64,000 bases of DNA from Macrostomum hystrix (lineage: Eukaryota; Animalia; Platyhelminthes): the NCBI GenBank assembly GCA_950097015.1, contig CATNEN010000039.1:5580001-5644000 (forward strand). Direction: 5' to 3'. Shown piece after piece: positions 47,870-64,000 of this stretch. Position 1 is the first letter of the stretch. The number at the start of each line of letters is the position of its first letter. The notes under the pieces are model-generated. The model made no database searches and was not told the origin of the DNA. It worked only from the letters and a program-made list of their open reading frames with translations. Both the position numbers and the translations under genes were made by a program.

Positions 47870-50800
47870 CCCTCTCTCCCGTGTCTCATCTCTCCCGAGT
47901 CTCATCTCTCCCGTGTCTCATCTCTCCCGAGTCTCATCTCTCCCGAGTCTCATCTCTCCCGAGTCCCATCTCTCCCGTGTCTCATCTCTCCCGAGTCTCA
48001 TCTCTCCCGAGTCTCATCTCTCCCGTGTCTCATCTCTCCCATGTCTCATCTCTCCCGAGTCTCATCTCTCCCGTGTCTCATCTCTCCCATGTCTCATCTC
48101 TCCCGTGTCTCATCTCTCCCGAGTCTCATCTCTCCCGAGTCTCATCTCTCCCGAGTCCCATCTCTCCCGTGTCTCATCTCTCCCGAGTCTCATCTCTCCC
48201 GAGTCTCATCTCTCCCGAGTCTCATCTCTCCCGTGTCTCATCTCTCCCGAGTCTCATCTCTCCCATGTCTCATCTCTCCCGAGTCTCATCTCTCCCGTGT
48301 CTCATCTCTCCCGAGTCTCATCTCTCCCGTGTCTCATCTCTCCCGAGTCTCATCTCTCCCGTGTCTCATCTCTCCCGTGTCTCATCTCTCCCGAGTCTCA
48401 TCTCTCCCATGTCTCATCTCTCCCGAGTCTCATCTCTCCCGTGTCTCATCTCTCCCGTGTCTCATCTCTCCCATGTCTCATCTCTCCCGTGTCTCATCTC
48501 TCCCGTGTCTCATCTCTCCCGTGTCTCATCTCTCCCGTGTCTCATCTCTCCCGTGTCTCATCTCTCCCGTGTCTCATCTCTCCCGTGTCTCATCTCTCCA
48601 GAGTCTCATCTCTCCCGAGTCTCATCTCTCCCGAGTCTCATCTTTCCCGTGTCTCATCTCTCCCGAGTCTCATCTCTCCCGTGTCTCATCTCTCCCGAGT
48701 CTCATCTCTCCCGTGTCTCATCTCTCTCGAGTCTCATCTCTCCCGAGTCCCATCTCTCTCGAGTCCCATCTCTCCCGTGTCTCATCTCTCCCGAGTCCCA
48801 TCTCTCTCGAGTCCCATCTCTCTCGAGTCCCATCTCTCTCGAGTCCCATCTCTCTCGAGTCTCATCTCTCCCGAGTCCCATCTCTCTCGAGTCCCATCTC
48901 TCTCGAGTCTCATCTCTCTCGAGTCCCATCTCTCTCGAGTCTCATCTCTCCCGAGTCCCATCTCTCCCGAGTCCCATCTCTCTCGAGTCTCATCTCTCCC
49001 GAGTCCCATCTCTCTCGAGTCCCATCTCTCCCGTGTCTCATCTCTCCCGAGTCCCATCTCTCTCGAGTCCCATCTCTCTCGAGTCCCATCTCTCTCGAGT
49101 CCCATCTCTCTCGAGTCTCATCTCTCCCGAGTCCCATCTCTCTCGAGTCTCATCTCTCTCGAGTCTCATCTCTCCCGAGTCCCATCTCTCCCGAGTCCCA
49201 TCTCTCTCTCGAGTCTCATCTCTCCCGAGTCCCATCTCTCTCGAGTCCCATCTCTCCCGTGTCTCATCTCTCCCGAGTCCCATCTCTCTCGAGTCCCATC
49301 TCTCTCGAGTCCCATCTCTCTCGAGTCCCATCTCTCTCGAGTCTCATCTCTCCCGAGTCCCATCTCTCTCGAGTCTCATCTCTCCCGAGTCTCATCTCTC
49401 CCGAGTCCCATCTCTCTCGAGTCCCATCTCTCTCGAGTCTCATCTCTCCCGAGTCCCATCTCTCTCGAGTCCCATCTCTCTCGAGTCTCATCTCTCTCGA
49501 GTCCCATCTCTCTCGAGTCTCATCTCTCCCGAGTCCCATCTCTCCCGAGTCCCATCTCTCTCGAGTCTCATCTCTCCCGAGTCTCATCTCTCCCGAGTCC
49601 CATCTCTCTCGAGTCCCATCTCTCCCGTGTCTCATCTCTCCCGAGTCTCATCTCTCTCGAGTCCCATCTCTCTCGAGTCTCATCTCTCCCGAGTCCCATC
49701 TCTCCCGAGTCCCATCTCTCTCGAGTCTCATCTCTCCCGAGTCTCATCTCTCCCGAGTCCCATCTCTCTCGAGTCCCATCTCTCCCGTGTCTCATCTCTC
49801 CCGAGTCCCATCTCTCTCGAGTCCCATCTCTCTCGAGTCTCATCTCTCTCGAGTCCCATCTCTCTCGAGTCTCATCTCTCCCGAGTCCCATCTCTCCCGA
49901 GTCTCATCTCTCCCGAGTCCCATCTCTCTCGAGTCCCATCTCTCCCGTGTCTCATCTCTCCCGAGTCCCATCTCTCTCGAGTCCCATCTCTCTCGAGTCT
50001 CATCTCTCTCGAGTCCCATCTCTCTCGAGTCTCATCTCTCCCGAGTCCCATCTCTCCCGAGTCTCATCTCTCCCGAGTCCCATCTCTCTCGAGTCTCATC
50101 TCTCCCGAGTCCCATCTCTCCCGAGTCTCATCTCTCCCGAGTCCCATCTCTCTCGAGTCTCATCTCTCCCGAGTCTCATCTCTCTCGAGTCTCATCTCTC
50201 CCGAGTCCCATCTCTCTCGAGTCCCATCTCTCTCGAGTCTCATCTCTCTCGAGTCCCATCTCTCTCGAGTCTCATCTCTCCCGAGTCCCATCTCTCCCGA
50301 GTCTCATCTCTCCCGAGTCCCATCTCTCTCGAGTCTCATCTCTCCCGAGTCCCATCTCTCCCGAGTCTCATCTCTCCCGAGTCCCATCTCTCTCGAGTCT
50401 CATCTCTCCCGAGTCTCATCTCTCTCGAGTCTCATCTCTCTCGAGTCCCATCTCTCTCGAGTCCCATCTCTCCCGAGTCCCATCTCTCTCGAGTCCCATC
50501 TCTCTCGAGTCCCATCTCTCCCGAGTCTCATCTCTCCCGAGTCCCATCTCTCTCGAGTCTCATCTCTCCCGAGTCTCATCTCTCTCGAGTCTCATCTCTC
50601 TCGAGTCCCATCTCTCTCGAGTCCCATCTCTCCCGAGTCCCATCTCTCTCGAGTCCCATCTCTCTCGAGTCTCATCTCTCCCGAGTCCCATCTCTCTCGA
50701 GTCTCATCTCTCCCGAGTCCCATCTCTCTCGAGTCTCATCTCTCCCGAGTCTCATCTCTCTCGAGTCTCATCTCTCTCGAGTCCCATCTCTCTCGAGTCC

Positions 50801-50920
50801 CATCTCTCCCGAGTCTCATCTCTCCCGAGTCCAAACTTCTCCCCTGTCTTATCTCCCGTGTCTCATCTCTCCCATCTTTCCTGAGTCTCCCACCTGTCTC
50901 CCGTGTCTCATCCCTCTCTC
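47870..50920. repeat. 16-bp pyrimidine-rich minisatellite (~190 copies) upstream of the GPCR
   Basis: Unit catctctc(c/t)cg(a/t)gtc(t/c). Confidence 0.97.
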
Positions 50921-51189
50921 TTGTCTTGTCTTCTTTCATCTCGCCGTCTCATCCAAGCATTTTATTTCATTCTAACAAAAAGTTTTTTCTCGTTCTTTTC
51001 ATCTAAAGTGTAATTTTTCTTAAAATTAAACTAATAGAATTGTCTTTAAAACACAAGCTAGCATTCTGGCTCCTTTCAACCTACGATATCATTCAAGCAG
51101 CTAAATTAATTTCATTCTCCACACAGCAGTTGGATTTCGTGACGGGTCGTTAGTCTACCGGCTTTGAAAAGTGAAACACGAACTTTAAA

Positions 51190-51281
51190 CCCTGATGAAC
51201 ATCCTGATGAACATCCTGATGAACATCCTGATGAACATCCTGATGAACATCCTGATGAACATCCTGATGAACATCCTGATG
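51190..51281. repeat. 12-bp tandem repeat
   Basis: cctgatgaacat x~7.5. Confidence 0.9.
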
Positions 51282-52179
51282 GAGGAGCATCCGTGACGTG
51301 TAAATTTTATTTTCCAGTATTTTTATCGGGACGGAGCTGTTGTGCTCCGTGACAGTTCGTTAATGCGATCTCAGAAAAATTAGCCGAGTTCTTCACCTTT
51401 ATTACAACAACTGTAGCGGCCACGGCTCAGGAGACTCAACGAGCCTTAATTAGAGAAAGCAAGTTTTAATTCCTTAGCGAAGCCTCGAAGTCTGGCTTTG
51501 AAGCTCTGCTCTGTGCTGTTAAAAAAGCTCAACAATTTTGACTTTGAAGTTGGCATTACTAAATATGGGAAAGTTCAACCTGAGCCTTCCTAGATAGCCA
51601 AATCTGATTGCCTATTAGTCGCAATGATGACTTCTAAGGCCCCTATATACATCCTCATCTCCGCGGCCTGACTTGGACGATCTGTGAGACAGTGTGGACG
51701 GAAGGAAACGCTGCTATGTTGAGTTCCATTTCACCAGGTGTGAAATAACTTAATTAGTCTCACGGAAGCTGTGTCGGATGTGCCTAATGGAACAGGGGCC
51801 TGGACTAGGTTGAGCAAATGATTGGCAATGCAGCTGAAGCCATGGGTTTGAGGAATCAAAGCAGATAAAGATTTATTGATGATTAATAGAGACAACTGAC
51901 AGTGACAGTGACAATTAAATAAATAAGGACGAATCAGTGGGCTATATTCAACTATTCAACTATTAGTGTTGTCAAACTGACAGCTGTCAGTTGTCAAACT
52001 GATCATCTTGAAGGAAGGTTTTTAAAGTGAAAGATGCAAATTTGACAAAGCTTTGCAAAGCTGCGGTGATCATTTTCAATACATGCATGTGTCAAAAAAG
52101 GCAGATGTCAACATAGCCTGTGCTAAAGATAATTCCTTTGATACCTGACACGTATCGAAGATTACAAATATAAAAAGTT

Positions 52180-52876
52180 CCTGGTGTCATAGATTACAGA
52201 TATCAAATACAACAGGTATCAAAGATGACAGGTGTCAAAGATGACATGTATCAACGATGACAGATATCAAATACAACAGGTATCAAAGATGATAGGTGTC
52301 AAAGATGACAGGTATCAACGATGACAGATATCAAATACGACAGCTGTCAAAGATGACAGGTGTCAAAGATGACAGGTATCAAAGATGGCAGGTATCAAAT
52401 ACGACAGCTGTCAAAGATGACAGGTATCAAAGATGACAGGTATCAAAGATCACAGATATCAAATACAACAGGTATCAAAGATGACAGGTGTCAAAGATGA
52501 CAGGTATCAAAGATGGCAGGTATCAAATACGACAGCTGTCAAAGATGACAGGTATCAAAGATGACAGGTATCAAAGATCACAGATATCAAATACAACAGG
52601 TATCAAAGATGACAGGTGTCAAAGATGACAGGTATCAACGATGACAGATATCAAATACGACAGCTGTCAAAGATGACAGGTATCAAAGATGACAGGTATC
52701 AAATATGACATGTGTCAAAGATGACAGGTTTCAAATTTGACGGGTATCAAATATGATAGGTGTCAAAGATGGCAGGTGTCAAAGATGGCAGGGGTCAACG
52801 ATGGCATGTATCAAAGATGACAGGTGTCAATATTACCATCTGTCATGGATGACAGGTATCAAGGATTCTAGGTGTC
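52180..52876. repeat. Degenerate 16-bp minisatellite
   Basis: Unit tcaaagatgacagg(ta/tg). Confidence 0.9.
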
Positions 52877-53576
52877 ATTGAAAACCAGAACCAAGTTAGT
52901 AACTTAGCTTAGAAAGATTCACCTGTACTCAGTTTTCCTGACACAAGTCCCCTCTCCAGACAAGACCAGCCAGTTATAAAAGTGCAGTCACTGTTCTGTT
53001 CGATCGAGTATTAATACGAGCCGTAAAATGTTTGTGAGCTAAAATTTTCACCCGCCTAGCCAGCTTACAGAGCCAGTAATAGTTGCTATTCGGCTGTGAA
53101 TAACTGATTGTCAATGCCAATTGACGGCATCTGCTAGTTAATTATTCAGAAATCTTCGGTAGCTACTTTGAATAATCGCGTCTTGGCGGAGGATGGGGTG
53201 TCTGAATAAGCAAGCCTGGCATGTGAGGATTTTTATCCCATTGGGGAGTGTTGCTTTATCAAGAAGGGTTTAGTTTGCTTGTCAGTTTTAGTTAAGCAAC
53301 TGTTAACGGCTAAGGCTATTTTAATCTCATTAATTTGGTATTTTATTTTGTGAAGCGGATACAAACATTTTAAAAGCGTTTCACACTACTATTTTATTAT
53401 CAACAGCAGAGAAGTTTGAACGTCTATGTATTTATTTGCATTTCATAGTCAATAGTCGAAAAATTTAGCCAGGGGTCGGTAGCCGCATGCACATGGGAAG
53501 GACGCTGATTGCACAGACTAGGTCAGGGAGATAGGAGACATATAGCTTGTACGACAGGAAAGATATGACAGAAGAG

Positions 53577-54300
53577 AACAGGAGAGAGATGAGACAGGAG
53601 AGAGATGAGACAGGAGAGAGATGAGACAGGAGAGAGATGAGACAGGAGAGAGATGAGACAGGAGAGAGATGAGACAGGAGAGAGATAATACAGGAGAGAG
53701 ATGAGACAGGAGAGAGATGAACCAGGAGAGATATGAGACAGGGGAGATATGAGACAGGGGAGATATGAGACAGGGGAGATATGATACAGGAGAGAGATGA
53801 GACAGGAGAGAGATGATACAGGAGAGAGATAATACAGGAGAGAGATGATACAGGAGAGAGATAATACAGGAGAGAGATGAGACAGGAGAGAGATGAGACA
53901 GGGGAGATATGAGACAGGAGAGATATGAGACAGGGGAGATATGAGACAGGAGAGATATGAGACAGGGGAGATATGAGACAGTAGAGAGATGAGACAGGGG
54001 AGAGATGAGACAGGGGAGATATGAGACAGGAGAGAGATGAGACAGGGGAGAGATGAGACAGGGGAGATATGAGACAGGAGAGAGATGAGACAGGAGAGAG
54101 ATGAGACAGGGGAGATACGAGACAGGGGAGATATGAGACAGGGGAGATATGAGACAGGGGAGATATGAGACAGTAGAGAGATGAGACAGGGGAGATATGA
54201 GACAGGAGAGAGATGAGACAGGAGAGAGATGAGACAGGGGAGATATGAGACAGGAGAGAGATGGGACATGGGAGATATGAGACAGGGGAGATATGAGATT
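53577..54300. repeat. 16-bp purine-rich minisatellite, inverted relative of the 47.9-50.9 kb array
   Basis: Unit gagacagg(a/g)gaga(g/t)at. Confidence 0.95.
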
Positions 54301-54614
54301 CGGGAGTTATAAGACAGCAAATTCTTAGCACGTGCGATTGTAAATTCATAAAAGTTTTACAACATCAAAAGACTCAGTCTACAGTCTACAGAAAAATCTG
54401 CTCATTGTTGTCGTTGCTATAGTCTTTTTTCGTTGGCTGCTGACAATTCTGTTCAAATTTTTTCCGAACTTGCATTCGCTGCTCTCGAGCGCAGTTCGAT
54501 GTTGCGTTTGGTGAAGTCGAAGATGCCGCGGAGCTGTGACAAAATGTGACAAAGCGGCACAATTGATCGTTGATCGCTGAAATTAGTTTTTTCTATTTGA
54601 AAAGAATCAAAGCG

Positions 54615-61439
<6,825 letters not shown>

Positions 61440-61975
61440 GAAGACTTTTGTCTCGAATCTAGCAAAAACCAGACTGAACCAGTTTCGCTTGAACTGTAGT
61501 AACTGTAGGTCCAGAGTTTTTGTTAACAAAAAACGCCTCCTATATATTGCATGCTGCCAGGCTGAAAGTTAAACACGGCCAATCCCTTGACCAACTCCCT
61601 GCAGCGGCCCATCCCCCAACTGTATTAACAATCCCCGCTGCCCCTTCCCTATCCCCTCTTGCCTTCCTCATTTCACTTGGCTGGTGTTGCTGAGCGGGTT
61701 CAAGCGACAGTTCGCAGCATCCTGTCTCTATCTATATAATTTTAAGAAGAGGAAAACTTACAGAAACACCCTGGAAAGTTACGAGACAAATAGAGAGAGA
61801 GCGAGTGAAATAAATTGTTTCGCCAAGTCACTATGCTGCTTTTTTTATTTTTACGACTGGATAATGCAGTCTTCTTCTGCGCTGTATCGTTTCGCGACTA
61901 ACTGATTAGCTTTCTGTTCATGTCATTTGTGAATATTTGCTGATGCCAAGTAACATCGCTTTGCTCCTAAAATAT

Positions 61976-62520
61976 GAGAGCCCCTCCTGACTCTCAAAAT
62001 ATTCTCCTAACACCCGAGAGCCTCTCCTGACACCCGAGAGCCTCTCCTGACACCCGAGAGCCTCTCCTGACACCCGAGAGCCTCTCCTTACTCTCGAGAG
62101 CCTCTCCTGACACCCGAGAGCATCTCCTGACACCCGAGAGCCTCTACTTACTCTCGAGAGCCTCTCCTGACACCCGAGAGCCTCTCCTTACTCTCGAGAG
62201 CCTCTCCTGACACCCGAGAGCCTCTCCTTACTCTCGAGAGCCTCTCCTGACACCCGAGAGCCTCTCCTGACACCCGAGAGCCTCTGCTGACACCCGAGAG
62301 CATCTCCTGACACCCGAGAGCCTCTCCTGACACCGGAGAGCATCTCCTGACACCCGAGAGCCTCTCCTGACACCCGAGAGCCTCTCCTGACACCCGAGAG
62401 TCTCTCCTGACACCCGAGAGCCTCTCCTGACACCCGAGACCCTCTCCTGACACCGGAGAGCCTCTCCTGACACCCGAGAGCCTCTCCTGACACTCAAAAA
62501 ACCTCATGACACCCAAGAGT
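61976..62520. repeat. 20-bp minisatellite
   Basis: Unit cctctcctgacacccgagag. Confidence 0.95.
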
Positions 62521-64000
62521 ATTTTATAGTAGCCAGTGGACTGTAATTGTAGTTTAACATTAACTGAATAGGGAGGATCGCCTGCTCGCTTGTAATGATG
62601 CCCAGAGTCCCTGAATACATTGTTTTTACCATCTGGTTTTTCGCAGCATCTATTTAACTGACGCTTTATCTGTTCGTACAGGCTATTACATTAATTCTCA
62701 CTGTATATTTATATAGGAGAATAATTTCTAGCATTAATGTTAAAAAGAACACATATTTCTAGTATAAATATTTCTACTTTATATTCAATACACAAAAACA
62801 AAATTATTTTACAAAAAAACATTGTTTGCATCTGTTCCTTTGTGCAGCAGTTTAAAGTGCCAAGATCAAGTGCGAGAAATCGCTTTCAGCAGCAGCTCGT
62901 TTCTGAAAGTATTGGTTATTAAGCTTAAAATAATATTAGCTAGGTCTATAATAATAATTGGGAATTAGGCTAGACGTTTCAGAAATTCATGGCTGTCAGA
63001 AATAAGCTGGGAAAGGCCGCAAGGTGAAATGGGTATCGGGTAGGGGTTTTCTTGAAACAGCGATTGTCTCTCGCAACTAAATCCCTGAGCTCGATTCCGC
63101 AGCGAGGCCACAATGGCATGCATATATAAGGCTGTAGCGAGTTGAGCCACGTAAGGTTTATTTGGAAGAAGCAGGGTACGGCCCGCGAGACAAAGGTCTT
63201 AATTTGTCTTTGAAACTATCTATATAAGCTGCAATCCGACAGGTTAAAACAAAGACTGAATCTTACAAATCAGCGACCATTTTGCAGCTGCGGTCTTGTG
63301 CAACGTATAAGTCGTTTTGATCTGTCGGGGCAGTCTTGACGTAAATGCGGTAGTAGTACACAAGATCAACTTGCTCGTCCGTGCAGCCGAACAGAACCCT
63401 ATTGAGGTGGTAGACGGTTCCCGCCACGACTATCAACTCCAAGTTGAGCAGGAGGCATAGGTAGAAAAAAAGCTCGGCGTACAAAAGGAAATCATTAGGT
63501 AGAAAGTTGAGCATGTTTCGCTTCCGGTAGAAGTTCGCGCCAAGTTTGACAGCGGAGAATGTCGCAACGAGACGTGTTGATAGGCAATTTGAATAAACGA
63601 TGTGAAGTATGTCTTACTGTGGCTTTTTATAGCTAGCTTTGCTATTTTAGTTCTAGACAAGGACATAGACAGAGGAAGACGTTTTATGAACTAATTTCAG
63701 ATTTTTTTGATTTAAGGAATTTATAGATTTATCCTTCCGGGCGCGGCTGGTTGGCATAGGAACGGGTAGGGAAGCGTCCTTCGCACATGCAACTAGAAAT
63801 TGCGAGCCGGACAAAGCCGCTGCGAAAAAGTCACCTGGCAAAAGGCATCTGGCAAGTCACCTGGAAAAAGTCACCGGGCAGCGGACACTAAAGATCCTTC
63901 AATACCAACAGGTATAAACATAACGTGCATATTGTATACTTTTGTATTGGAACTGAATATGCCAATTCATCTCATTTCACTCAGTCAGTCGAAGCATCTT

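Noticed and set aside
47787-51006. ~1000-aa ORFs in three frames (also ORFs at 14.3-14.9, 16.2-17.1, 19.0, 21.6, 22.6-23.7, 24.6-25.4, 42.1-43.5, 44.2-44.8, 53.5-54.3, 55.3-56.2 and 62.1-62.5 kb)
   Set aside because: They are stop-free translations of minisatellite units, often open in several frames or strands at once, with no non-repetitive coding context.
51190-51281. Repeated CTGATGA as a hammerhead ribozyme core
   Set aside because: No stem II or downstream GAAA with matching stems; it is a plain 12-bp repeat.
63263-63514. Minus-strand 83-aa ORF with a hydrophobic N-terminus and a GTAAG donor-like site at its end
   Set aside because: Could be an exon, but the nearby acceptors I tried lead quickly to stops and I recognise no homology; left uncalled.

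Overview
Eukaryotic (animal) genomic DNA with spliceosomal introns. The extreme density of unrelated 12-53 bp minisatellites and the splice acceptors just before several start codons resemble the flatworm Macrostomum, but that is inference only. Positions 1-7.7 kb are the 3' part of an intact-looking Ty3/Gypsy LTR retrotransposon (PR-RT-RH-IN). Between pol and the polypurine tract it carries an unusual ~3 kb accessory region with two sense orphan ORFs and an antisense mini-gene. The mini-gene has its own TATA-like box and poly(A) signals and encodes an 80-aa coiled-coil/Gly-rich TM/Cys-Cys/polybasic protein, an architecture reminiscent of viral FAST fusogens. Host genes reconstructed by hand: HPRT (7 exons), a FAM122/PABIR homolog, two tandem intronless GSTs, an SLC22 transporter (5 exons, one GC-AG intron), a Trx2-like thioredoxin, PPCS, a class A GPCR with a ~108-codon polyQ loop, and an orphan 196-aa two-TM protein. 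About 26 tandem arrays (roughly 23 kb by hand tally) fill introns and spacers. Several were visibly born in situ by amplifying local sequence: the internal segment of a SINE and an exon-intron junction. Also present: four pieces of one tRNA-derived SINE family, a second SINE, a TA-flanked MITE and a Merlin-like transposase remnant. All homology calls are from motif recognition, not database searches.
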